Source of the DNA: an uncultured Oscillospiraceae bacterium
Lineage (GTDB): Bacteria; Bacillota; Clostridia; Oscillospirales; Oscillospiraceae
DNA: 64,000 nucleotides
NCBI GenBank assembly: GCA_944385475.1
Contig: CALWXJ010000003.1
Span: forward strand, 290-64,289
Direction of reading: 5' to 3'
Shown here: in pieces, positions 37,400 to 46,318 of the stretch
How positions within the stretch are numbered: position 1 is the stretch's first letter
Layout of the letters: each line of letters opens with the position of its first letter
Program-made: the position numbers and the translations under genes
The notes under the pieces: model-generated
Told to the model about the DNA's origin: nothing
Databases searched by the model: none
Seen by the model: the letters and a program-made list of their open reading frames with translations, nothing else

Positions 37400-37492
37400 T
37401 CACACAAACGGGACCACCATGCTGGCCACCAGCGCCACGATCATAACAATCACCAACGCCAGCGCCAGAGCCCGGGCAGCTTTTTTACTCAT
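37400..37492 (-). CDS. 30-aa single-TM small protein (not in ORF track)
   Basis: MSKKAARALALALVIVMIVALVASMVVPFV*; GAAGGAG RBS; ATGA overlap with the DUF951 stop; terminator follows. Confidence 0.7.
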   Translation of the reverse strand: MSKKAARALALALVIVMIVALVASMVVPFV

Positions 37493-37680
37493 GTTATCGT
37501 CTCCTTCGGTATGATTTTACGAATGCTTTTTTCCACCTTACTCCGGGGCAGCATCAGCTCGTGGCCGCACCCCAGGCAGCGCAGTTTGATGTCCATACCC
37601 ACCCGCAGGATCTCCCAACGGCAGCTGCCGCAGGGATGGGTCTTTTTTAATTCCACGATGTCGTTGAGATGCAGTTCCAT
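37489..37680 (-). CDS. DUF951 family protein
   Basis: DIVELKKTHPCG..WEILRVGMDIKLRCLGCG. Confidence 0.92.
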   Translation of the reverse strand: MELHLNDIVELKKTHPCGSCRWEILRVGMDIKLRCLGCGHELMLPRSKVEKSIRKIIPKETIT

Positions 37681-37764
37681 CCTGTCCTCCTGTCAATCCC
37701 TTTTAAAAAGTTGCATATCATAGAGTATTACCGCCGCCTCTGCGGCAGATGGGATGCGATAGAA

Positions 37765-38700
37765 ATGCCTGAAAATAAACGATATCCACCGGAGGGGTCG
37801 TCGTCTCTTCATACCTATACGGTGCAGCAGCTGCGAGAAGCCCAAGCTCTGGGTACCGTCCTGGAGGGATATGTCCAGCGGTGTGACCCGCAGCGAACGC
37901 TGCACCTTTCCCTGGGCGGGGCCATGGGAGAGATCGCCCCCAACGAGGCGGTAGCCCCCTGGATCAGCGGGGCTGAGAGAGATATTTCAATATTATCAAG
38001 AGTGGGCAAGTTAATTTGCTTTACAGTCTTGTCGGTGCAAGCAGATGAAAAGGGCACGGTTGTGGCCCAGTTATCCCGCCGGGCGGCCCAGGAGCAGGCT
38101 ATGGAGTGGTTCCTTGCGAATCTGCGCCCCGGCTCTGTCCTCTCCTGCCGGGTGCTTCGCTCTGAGCCTTTCGGCGCGTTTTTGGACATCGGATGCGGGA
38201 TCGTAGCCCTGCTGCCCATTGAGCGGATCTCTGTTTCCCGGGTGGAACATCCCGGACAGCGGTTCCTCCCTGGTCAGAAGATCCTTGCCGTGGTACAGGA
38301 GATGGACCCCCAGCGCCGGCGCTTCACCATGACCCACCGGGAACTTCTGGGAACCTGGATGGAAAATGCCAGCCGCTACGCTCCCGGAGAAACTGTGCGG
38401 GGAATCGTCCGGGGAGTCCAAGACTATGGCTGCTTTGTGGAGCTCGCCCCCAATCTCTCCGGTCTTGCGGATAAGACCCAGGATGTGTCTCCCGGCAGCG
38501 CTGTATCTGTTTACATCAAGTCCATCCGCCCCGAGAAAATGAAAATCAAACTCCAGATCATTGAAACGCTTCCCCCGGCTGAAGCGCCGGAACCCCTGCA
38601 CTACCAAATCACAGACGGATGTCTGGATCACTGGGTGTATTCTCCTCCGGACTATATCCGCGATCCGGTGGAAACGGTGTTTACACAGGACCGCCCTTGA
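37765..38700 (+). CDS. S1 RNA-binding multi-domain protein (three S1-like repeats)
   Basis: LSRRAAQ, EPFGAFLDIGCGIVALLP, YGCFVELAPNLSGLA. Confidence 0.85.
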   Translation: MPENKRYPPEGSSSLHTYTVQQLREAQALGTVLEGYVQRCDPQRTLHLSLGGAMGEIAPNEAVAPWISGAERDISILSRVGKLICFTVLSVQADEKGTVVAQLSRRAAQEQAMEWFLANLRPGSVLSCRVLRSEPFGAFLDIGCGIVALLPIERISVSRVEHPGQRFLPGQKILAVVQEMDPQRRRFTMTHRELLGTWMENASRYAPGETVRGIVRGVQDYGCFVELAPNLSGLADKTQDVSPGSAVSVYIKSIRPEKMKIKLQIIETLPPAEAPEPLHYQITDGCLDHWVYSPPDYIRDPVETVFTQDRP

Positions 38701-39949
38701 TCTTTTCCCAATACGCTCTGGCGGCCTGTTCCGTCTTGTTGTCGCCCCACTCATAGTATTTGGCGTTCTTCAAGGCATCCGGCAAATACTGTTGGTGGAC
38801 CCAATGGCCCGGGAACTGGTGAGGATAGAGGTACCCTTGGTCCCGCTCCTGTCCTGTGGAATCCACGTGAACATTCTGTAATTCCCGGGGAATATCCCCG
38901 GTGCGGCCTGTTTTGACATCCTTCCAGGCTCTGGAGATCCCCTCCACCACGCTGTTGGACTTTGGGGCCGTGGCCAACAGGATCGCCGCCTGCGCCAGGG
39001 GCAGCTGCGCCTCCGGCAGCCCCAGCTGCATGGCGGTGTCCACGCAGGCTTTTACAATGGCGATGGCCTGGGGATAGGCCATGCCCACGTCCTCACTGGC
39101 AGAACACAGCAGCCGGCGGCAGGGCGTGATCAGATCTCCCGCCTCTAAAAAGCGGGCCAGGTAGTGCAGCGCTGCATCCGGGTCACTGCCCCGCAGAGAT
39201 TTCATCAGGGCAGAGGCCATATCATACATGGCATCTCCGCCCTTGTCGTAGCGCATGGCGCTGCGCTGTGCCACCTGAAGGGCATCCTCCTTTTTTAAAT
39301 GGACACTGCCTGTTTCACCGGGGGACGCCTGGCAAAGCAACTCCACCGCATTGATAGCCTTGCGGACATCGCCGCCGCAGGCTGTGGCGATCTGAAGGGG
39401 CACTCCTTCCTCCCAGCTCAGGGGAAGGGTGCTCCTCTTCTGTTCCACCTCCAACGCTCGGAGGACGGCCTTCTGAGCTTCCTCGGGGGAAACTGGCTTA
39501 AATTCAAACACTGTGCTGCGGGATAAAAGCGCACCGTACACATAAAAATAAGGATTCTCTGTGGTGGAGGCGATGAGGGTCAAAGACCCGTTCTCCATAA
39601 ATTCCAGGAGGCTTTGCTGCTGCTTTTTATTGAAATACTGGATCTCATCCAGATAGAGCAGGATCCCTCCCGGGGCCAGAAGCGTGCCCATATCCGCAAT
39701 AATGTCCTTGATATCTTGAAGCGTAGCGGTTGTGGCATTCAACCGATAGAGGGTTTTGCGGGTCCGCTCCGCGATGATATTGGCGATGGTGGTCTTCCCG
39801 GTGCCGGGAGGGCCGTAAAAGACCATGTTGGCCTCGGTCCCGTTTTCAATCAGCCGCCGCAAAAGTGCGCCGGGGGCCAGCAAATGCCGCTGCCCCACCA
39901 CTTCCTCTATGGTCTTGGGACGGATCTCGTCTGCCAAGGGGCGGTTCAT
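38681..39949 (-). CDS. rarA: Replication-associated recombination protein A
   Basis: PLADEIRP, GPPGTGKTT, DEIQYFNKKQQ, TTENP, KSLRGSDPD, SEDVG, YLYPH. Confidence 0.96.
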   Translation of the reverse strand: MNRPLADEIRPKTIEEVVGQRHLLAPGALLRRLIENGTEANMVFYGPPGTGKTTIANIIAERTRKTLYRLNATTATLQDIKDIIADMGTLLAPGGILLYLDEIQYFNKKQQQSLLEFMENGSLTLIASTTENPYFYVYGALLSRSTVFEFKPVSPEEAQKAVLRALEVEQKRSTLPLSWEEGVPLQIATACGGDVRKAINAVELLCQASPGETGSVHLKKEDALQVAQRSAMRYDKGGDAMYDMASALMKSLRGSDPDAALHYLARFLEAGDLITPCRRLLCSASEDVGMAYPQAIAIVKACVDTAMQLGLPEAQLPLAQAAILLATAPKSNSVVEGISRAWKDVKTGRTGDIPRELQNVHVDSTGQERDQGYLYPHQFPGHWVHQQYLPDALKNAKYYEWGDNKTEQAARAYWEKIKGGPV

Positions 39950-40144
39950 CCCACCACCTCCCTTTTGAAAAGATAAGCTCTATATGGATTTTACATGGAA
40001 TGTCCCATAATTTCCAGATGCTGTGAGAAAAAACTTTTAGATCTTCTTTTCCAAAGGGAAACGCAGAACAGGCCTTGAAGTTTTTCTCGCCAAATGTCGA
40101 ATTTTGTGGTATGCTGTTGCCATTCCACAAATGAGGTGACTGCC

Positions 40145-40783
40145 ATGAAATCCAAGGCCGCCGTCAAGCGCATCATTGAGACTTTGAAGGGCCTCTATCC
40201 CGACGCGCTTTGCTCCCTGCAATATGAAAAGGACTATGAGCTTTTGTTTGCTGTGCGGCTCTCCGCCCAGTGTACCGATGAGCGGGTGAATAAAGTGACG
40301 CCGGCTCTCTATCAGCGGTTTCCCACCCTGGAGAGCTTTGCCCAGGCTGACCCAAAAGAAGTGGGAGAGTACATCCACTCCTGCGGCTTTTTCAACGGAA
40401 AGGCCCGGGATATCGTGGCTTGTGCGCAAAAGCTGCTGGCAGAGTACGGGGGTAAGGTCCCGGACCGGATGGAAGACCTGGTATCCCTGCCGGGTGTTGG
40501 CCGGAAGACCGCCAACCTCATTCTGGGAGACGTCTATCACCAGCCCGCCTATGTGTGTGACACGCACTGTATCCGGATCACGGGCCGGCTGGGGATCACT
40601 GACGGGTCCAAGGATCCCCTCCAGGTGGAACGGCAGCTGCGGGAGAGCATCCCCCCAAAAGAATCCTCTGATTTTTGTCATCGGTTGGTGCTTTTCGGCC
40701 GGGATATCTGCACTGCCCGCAGCCCCAAGTGCCGGGGCTGCCCCCTTCAAAAAGACTGTTCTACCGGCAAAAAAGTTTTTTGA
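40145..40783 (+). CDS. nth: Endonuclease III
   Basis: LSAQCTDERVN, HhH motif LPGVGRKTAN, DTH, 4Fe-4S motif C-X6-C-X2-C-X5-C. Confidence 0.97.
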   Translation: MKSKAAVKRIIETLKGLYPDALCSLQYEKDYELLFAVRLSAQCTDERVNKVTPALYQRFPTLESFAQADPKEVGEYIHSCGFFNGKARDIVACAQKLLAEYGGKVPDRMEDLVSLPGVGRKTANLILGDVYHQPAYVCDTHCIRITGRLGITDGSKDPLQVERQLRESIPPKESSDFCHRLVLFGRDICTARSPKCRGCPLQKDCSTGKKVF

Positions 40784-40878
40784 AATTCTGCTTGTGCCTG
40801 CGCCGTAGTGCAGGCACTTTTTTCTTTTTTTGCGCATATGCTGGTTTGAAACCTGCTGCGGCGAATAAGGAGGACACT

Positions 40879-41136
40879 ATGGACGAGAAGATGGCACGCA
40901 TGATGGAACAGATGAAGAAGAACCCCGCCGCCCTGCGGGCCCTGATGAACTCCCAGGACGGTCAGGCGCTTATGAAAATGCTGACAGGCCCGGACCAGGG
41001 CGCCCGGCTGCAAAAAGCCGTGCAGGCGGCCGCGGGGGGAGACCCCAGTCAGCTGGCGGAAATGATCAACCAAATCACCGCCAGCTCCGGCGGAGCGGCA
41101 CTTGTGGACCGGCTGCAGAAGTCGGCCCAAAAATGA
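40879..41136 (+). CDS. Hypothetical 85-aa helical protein
   Basis: AAGGAGG RBS, typical codon usage; first gene of a 3-gene unit. Confidence 0.75.
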   Translation: MDEKMARMMEQMKKNPAALRALMNSQDGQALMKMLTGPDQGARLQKAVQAAAGGDPSQLAEMINQITASSGGAALVDRLQKSAQK

Positions 41137-41157
41137 TGAAGACAGGAGGTGGTCTCC

Positions 41158-41565
41158 GTGGCCGAATTTGACGAGCAGCTCAACTCCATTCTCTCCAACC
41201 CGGAGGCCATGTCCAAAATCATGCAGCTGGCTCAGTCTCTGGGGGGTGGTGAATCCGCGCCCAAATCAGAAGATCCGCCGCATACTCCCCCTGCACAAGA
41301 GCAGCCTTCCCACATCCAGCCGCCTACCCCCGGGGAAAAGGATATCCTGTCCTCGCTGGCCGGCAGTCTGGATCCGGCGCTCTTGACTCGCCTGCTTCCC
41401 CTGGCAGCAGAGCTTGGAGGAAACCGAAACAACAGCGCCCGCCAGCTTTTGTTTGCCCTGCGCCCCTATTTAAAGCCAGAGCGGCAGGAAAAGATCGAAC
41501 GGGCGCTGCAGCTTGCAAGGCTCTTTCACGTAGGGCGGAAATTCCTAAAGGAAGGGGGCGGATAG
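41158..41565 (+). CDS. Hypothetical protein (ILSNPEAM...LLFALRPYL motif)
   Basis: AGGAGGT RBS plus GTG; Pro-rich linker between helical blocks. Confidence 0.75.
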   Translation: MAEFDEQLNSILSNPEAMSKIMQLAQSLGGGESAPKSEDPPHTPPAQEQPSHIQPPTPGEKDILSSLAGSLDPALLTRLLPLAAELGGNRNNSARQLLFALRPYLKPERQEKIERALQLARLFHVGRKFLKEGGG

Positions 41566-41568
41566 GCC

Positions 41569-41916
41569 TTGTATAACCGATATATCCGGGGAGATAGCGG
41601 CGCCTACACCCGGATCTCAGAAGATGAGCCGCGTTCCCAACCGCCCCCTTCCCCCTCCTTTTCTTCTGATCCACCCCCCAGGCAGGAGCCTCCCCCTTCT
41701 TCTGGAGGTGGATTCTTTGAGGCAAGATCCGCTCCCCCTCCTCCCGGAGAAGACCGGGACGGCATCTCCCACCTTCTTCGCAAGGTACTGGATCAGCTAC
41801 ATCTGGATCACATCGATACGGGAGACCTTCTTTTACTGGGTCTTTTATTCTTTTTGTTTCGGGAGGGAGCAGATGACGAACTTCTGGTGGCACTGGGGCT
41901 GCTGCTGATTCTATGA
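41569..41916 (+). CDS. Hypothetical Pro-rich protein with a hydrophobic C-terminus
   Basis: TTG start MYNRYI..., tail DTGDLLLLGLLFFLFRE..LLVALGLLLIL; terminator at 41957-41987. Confidence 0.75.
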   Translation: MYNRYIRGDSGAYTRISEDEPRSQPPPSPSFSSDPPPRQEPPPSSGGGFFEARSAPPPPGEDRDGISHLLRKVLDQLHLDHIDTGDLLLLGLLFFLFREGADDELLVALGLLLIL

Positions 41917-42001
41917 GGATAAGCCTTCGAAAATAGAGAAGGTACTCTTTGCTGGAAAAAGCCGGCGGGAAATTCCCGCCGGCTTTTATTGGCTTTCGAT
42001 C

Positions 42002-42751
42002 TCACGCCACTTCAATCAAAATGGTTCCATCGGGAAGGGTAAAATCCTCCGTAGCAGGGGCATCGGCATCCACGCTCAAAGCTGCCATCCGGTAGACCAC
42101 TTCCCCCTGGTATGCCTTTTCCGCCGCCACCAGCAGGCCGCTGTCTACACTGACCCAATACCGCATCTGATAGCCCGCCTCATCCTGCACAGTTTCCACA
42201 TGGATGCAATTTACATCTGAAACCGCCTGATAGTCGGCATTTGCAATGGACTCCACCGGCAGCTGAAGCACCTCTTCATAGGTGGGAATCGTCTGTTCCG
42301 TATCAGCGGAAATACCGCCAGCAAGGCCAGAGAAATAGCTCTGCTCGTTGTTATACCAAATGTAGGTCTTTTCCCCATCTGTAATGGTGTGGCGCACTTG
42401 TCCGTCCGCCATGCTCCGGTCCATTCTGGTCCAGCCTCCGTAGACCACCGTGGAGATCTCCGTTGTCCCGCTGCCGCCGCTCCAGATCTGCTCTACCGTC
42501 ACTGTGCGGCGATAGGAATCCAGGCGGCGCAAAGTGGCAATGGCCGCCTGCACAGTGTCTGGCCGGATATCCACTATTTCCATGGCCCCGTCCTCTATTG
42601 TACCATCCACCTGCGCATTGTCAGGTGGCGTGGTATCCGGAAGCGTAATGAAGGAGGTCCTGCGCAAATTCCCGGAGAGCATCAGGGTAACAATCAGAGC
42701 CGTCAGCCCCACAAAAACCCATGTGATATAGCGCAGTTTTTGCCGATCCAC
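42002..42751 (-). CDS. Membrane-anchored hypothetical protein, possible LolA/RseB-like beta fold
   Basis: N-terminal TM, beta-rich ectodomain, YWVSVDSGLLVAAE and DFTLPDG; last gene of the trpS-tagO-mnaA unit. Confidence 0.7.
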   Translation of the reverse strand: MDRQKLRYITWVFVGLTALIVTLMLSGNLRRTSFITLPDTTPPDNAQVDGTIEDGAMEIVDIRPDTVQAAIATLRRLDSYRRTVTVEQIWSGGSGTTEISTVVYGGWTRMDRSMADGQVRHTITDGEKTYIWYNNEQSYFSGLAGGISADTEQTIPTYEEVLQLPVESIANADYQAVSDVNCIHVETVQDEAGYQMRYWVSVDSGLLVAAEKAYQGEVVYRMAALSVDADAPATEDFTLPDGTILIEVA

Positions 42752-42784
42752 ACGCTCTCCCTCCTTCCTCTCCATCTATATCCT

Positions 42785-43930
42785 TTAGGGCAGGTAATCC
42801 TCCGGCAGAGGGCCCCGGCCAAAGTACCACAAAATAGCATCTGTGATCCGCCGGCAGGCGTGTCCGTCTCCATATGGATTCACCGCATGAGCCATAGCGG
42901 CATACGCCGTCGGGTCCCGGATGAGCTCCTGGGCCATGGCAACAATCTCCTCCTGCGCCACACCGCAGATCTTCACCGTTCCAGCCTCCACCGCCTCGGG
43001 CCGCTCTGTCTCCCGGCGCATCACCAAAACCGGTTTTCCCAGGGCAGGCGCCTCCTCCTGCAGTCCGCCGGAGTCTGTCAATACCATATAGCACCGGTCC
43101 ATCAAGTTGTGCATCTCGTCCGCAGGCAGAGGGTCAATGAGATGTACCCGGGGAGTCCCCCGGAGATACTGGTCCACTGCCTCCCGTACCACGGGGCTGA
43201 GATGGACGGGATACACCAATTCTACATCCTCGTTCTCCTGGGCGATCTGCCGCAGGGCCAGCATGATGTTTTTCATGGGCTGGCCGTAGTTTTCCCGGCG
43301 GTGGCAGGTCACCAAGATCACTTTTTTCTCTCTATAGGGAAGGTGGTTGAGACCGTCTGTGGCGAAGTGGTAGTCCTGCCGGACAGTAGTCTTCAGCGCA
43401 TCGATCACGGTGTTGCCGGTAACAAATAATCCCTTTGTGATGTTCTCCTTCAAGAGGTTGTTTTTATTGTTCACCGTAGGACAAAAAAACAAATCTGCAA
43501 TGGAAGAGACCAACTTCCTATTCATTTCTTCTGGAAAGGGAGAATACTTGTCATACGTTCGGAGTCCGGCCTCTACATGTCCCACAGGAATCTGGTGATA
43601 AAAAGCGGACAGTGCCCCGGCAAAGGTGGTAGAAGTATCCCCGTGGACCAGGATCATATCCGGTTTCAAAGCATCGATGGCCGCATCCATCCCGGTGAGG
43701 CACTTGCTGGTGATGGCGGAAAGGGTCTGCCGGGGGGTCATAATGTCCAGGTCCCAATCCGGGCGGACATGAAAGACCTCCAGCACGCTGTCCAGCATCT
43801 GCCGGTGCTGAGCGGTGACGCAGCAAAGACTCTTGATCTCCTGGCGCTGCCCCAGCTCTTTGACCAGAGGACACATCTTAATGGCCTCCGGCCGGGTGCC
43901 GAACACGCTCATAATGCGCAGCTTTTCCAT
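42785..43930 (-). CDS. wecB: UDP-N-acetylglucosamine 2-epimerase (non-hydrolysing)
   Basis: FGTRPEAIKM, HGDT, HVEAGLRT, PEEMNR, TDSGGLQEEAP. Confidence 0.98.
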   Translation of the reverse strand: MEKLRIMSVFGTRPEAIKMCPLVKELGQRQEIKSLCCVTAQHRQMLDSVLEVFHVRPDWDLDIMTPRQTLSAITSKCLTGMDAAIDALKPDMILVHGDTSTTFAGALSAFYHQIPVGHVEAGLRTYDKYSPFPEEMNRKLVSSIADLFFCPTVNNKNNLLKENITKGLFVTGNTVIDALKTTVRQDYHFATDGLNHLPYREKKVILVTCHRRENYGQPMKNIMLALRQIAQENEDVELVYPVHLSPVVREAVDQYLRGTPRVHLIDPLPADEMHNLMDRCYMVLTDSGGLQEEAPALGKPVLVMRRETERPEAVEAGTVKICGVAQEEIVAMAQELIRDPTAYAAMAHAVNPYGDGHACRRITDAILWYFGRGPLPEDYLP

Positions 43931-43932
43931 CC

Positions 43933-45102
43933 TCAGGCCTCCTTGTCTTTCTCCTTCTGCTGTTGCGCGGGCTTGTCCTGCGCCGGATGGTCCCGGTGAT
44001 TGTGATCCTTTAATTCCTCCATCTCCTCGTGGAGCTCCTCTTGGATCTCCTCCCGGAGCTCCTTGGGAAACACCACCCGGCCGGCCACCACCGCCACGAT
44101 GCACAGTGCCACCAGAAACAGCATGGCCTTTTGCTCTCCCCCGGTGGTCAGCACCACGGCGGAAAGGCCTAAAATAGCGGAGATCACGTAGAGGGTCGCC
44201 ACAGCCTGCTTTTGATTGAGGCCCATATCAATCAGTCGGTGATGGATATGTCCCCGATCCGCATGCATAGGGCTTTGCCCATGGACGATGCGCCGGATAA
44301 ATGCAAAAGACGTGTCAAAAATGGGCAGCCCCAAAATGAGAAAGGGCACCACAAAGGAGACCACGGCATAGTACTTAAAAAGGCCCTGGATGGACATGGT
44401 GGCCAGGATATAGCCCAAAAAGGTGGCGCCCGTGTCCCCCATGAACATCCGGGCAGGGTTAAGGTTATATGGCATAAAGCCCACGCAGGCTCCCACTAAG
44501 GCCGCCATGACAATGGCCACCTGGGATTCCGACGCAATCAGAGCAATGACCAGCACCGTGGTGGCGGAGATGGCGGACACGCCGTTGGCAAGACCGTCCA
44601 GGCCGTCAATCAAGTTTACGGAGTTGGTGATGGCAACGATCCACAAAACCGTGATGGGCGTAGACAGCCATCCCAAAACCCAGTAGGGATTGTCAGAAAA
44701 GATATTGGGGTTGGACAGCGCCTCGATGGAAACGCCGTTCAAAGCCGGGATCAGCGCCGCCACGATTTGCACCACGAACTTCAGTAGCGCCGGCAAAGCC
44801 ATAATGTCATCCACTACGCCCAAAACCACAATGATGACGGCCCCCAGCAGTACGCTTTGCATCTGCTGGTTACCCCGGATGGGCAAAAACAGCAAAATGC
44901 TCACCATGAAGCCGATAAAGATGGCCAAGCCACCCAGCCGGGGAATAGGAACCTTATGCATCCGCCGTTCGTCCTTGGGCACATCGATGGCACCGACTTT
45001 ATAGGCAAAGCTCTTTACCACCGGCGTCATCAAAAAGCTGATCACAAGAGCTGTTAAAAGGGCCAGGACCACATAGGCAATCAGCTGATTTTCTAATAGC
45101 AT
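43933..45102 (-). CDS. tagO: Undecaprenyl-phosphate GlcNAc-1-phosphate transferase (TagO/WecA)
   Basis: PRLGGLAI, GVVDD, NLIDGLDGLA, FMGDTG, DRGHIHHRL. Confidence 0.95.
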   Translation of the reverse strand: MLLENQLIAYVVLALLTALVISFLMTPVVKSFAYKVGAIDVPKDERRMHKVPIPRLGGLAIFIGFMVSILLFLPIRGNQQMQSVLLGAVIIVVLGVVDDIMALPALLKFVVQIVAALIPALNGVSIEALSNPNIFSDNPYWVLGWLSTPITVLWIVAITNSVNLIDGLDGLANGVSAISATTVLVIALIASESQVAIVMAALVGACVGFMPYNLNPARMFMGDTGATFLGYILATMSIQGLFKYYAVVSFVVPFLILGLPIFDTSFAFIRRIVHGQSPMHADRGHIHHRLIDMGLNQKQAVATLYVISAILGLSAVVLTTGGEQKAMLFLVALCIVAVVAGRVVFPKELREEIQEELHEEMEELKDHNHRDHPAQDKPAQQQKEKDKEA

Positions 45103-45114
45103 AACCGCCCTCCA

Positions 45115-46128
45115 TCACCGTGCCAGGAACCCGATCTTTTTATAGACTTTATTCAAGGTCTTTCCCGCAACATGCCCTGCTTTTTCAGCGCCGGCGCGGT
45201 AGACACTCTCCAAATAGGCTTTCTCTGCCAGAAGCCGCTCTGTCTCCTCCCGAATGGGGCGCAGAAGTTCCACAACAGCCTCCCCCACCGCGGTTTTAAA
45301 CGCGCCGTATCCCTGGCCGTCAAACTCCCGCTGAATAGCGTCAAAGTCGCGGCCCGTGGCCACGGAATAGATCTGCATGAGATTGGAAACCCCGGGCTTT
45401 CCCGCGGGATCATACCGAACACAGGCATCGGAATCCGTCACGGCCTTTTTAAATTTGCGCATGATGTCCTCTGGCCTTTCCAGCATATAGATGCAGCCAT
45501 TTTGATCCTTATCTGACTTGGACATCTTATTTTCCGGAGAGGTCAGACTCATAATCCGTGCCCCCACCGGAGGGATATAGGGCTCAGGAATCTTAAATAC
45601 CTCCCCATAAATGCCGTTGAAACGGTTGGCGATGTCCCGGCAAATCTCCACATGCTGCTTTTGATCGCCTCCCACTGGTACAAGATCCGCCTGATAGAGG
45701 AGAATGTCCGCAGCCATCAGGGCCGGATAGGTAAAGAGCCCAGCGTTGATGTTATCTGCATTTTTGGCAGATTTGTCCTTAAACTGCGTCATCCGGGAGA
45801 GCTCGCCAAACATGGTATAGCAGTCCAACACCCACCCAAGCTGGGCATGAGCCGGCACATGGGACTGGACAAATAAGACATTCTTTTCCGGATCCAGGCC
45901 ACTGGCAATGTATGTGGCCAGCTGTGTAATGGTGTGACGGCGCAGGTCTGCGGGGACCTGGCGCACTGTGATGGTGTGCATATCCGCCAGCATATAATAG
46001 CAGTCATATTCGTCCGCCAGGGCCGCCCAGTTTCGGATGGCACCTAAATAAGAACCTAAGGTCAAATCTCCAGAGGGCTGAATTCCGCTGAGGATCCGTT
46101 TTTTTTCATTTTGGCTCATGTTTTCCAT
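45115..46128 (-). CDS. trpS: Tryptophan-tRNA ligase
   Basis: SGIQPSG..TLGS, YPALMAADIL, VGGDQKQH, KMSKS. Confidence 0.98.
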   Translation of the reverse strand: MENMSQNEKKRILSGIQPSGDLTLGSYLGAIRNWAALADEYDCYYMLADMHTITVRQVPADLRRHTITQLATYIASGLDPEKNVLFVQSHVPAHAQLGWVLDCYTMFGELSRMTQFKDKSAKNADNINAGLFTYPALMAADILLYQADLVPVGGDQKQHVEICRDIANRFNGIYGEVFKIPEPYIPPVGARIMSLTSPENKMSKSDKDQNGCIYMLERPEDIMRKFKKAVTDSDACVRYDPAGKPGVSNLMQIYSVATGRDFDAIQREFDGQGYGAFKTAVGEAVVELLRPIREETERLLAEKAYLESVYRAGAEKAGHVAGKTLNKVYKKIGFLAR

Positions 46129-46318
46129 ACCCTGCACCTCGCGTTTTTTTCTCGTCTCGGCAAATTACCAAGAAGGGCACAATTTAATCAATGTAGTATA
46201 ACACGGAATGTAGAAAAGTGCAATCCGTTCTTGACATTCCCCATGGAAATAGCCATAATAAACACTATTGAAATAAGAGCAATTTCATTTGAAATTATAG
46301 TACATTGGAGGCATCATC

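Noticed and set aside
40095-40101. Perfect Spo0A box TGTCGAA upstream of nth
   Set aside because: A single 7-mer is expected several times by chance in 64 kb; there is no second site or supporting context
46129-46318. T-box leaders for trpS or gltX
   Set aside because: The intergenic region is only about 190 bp, filled by two divergent sigmaA promoters, and has no GGTGGnACC motif
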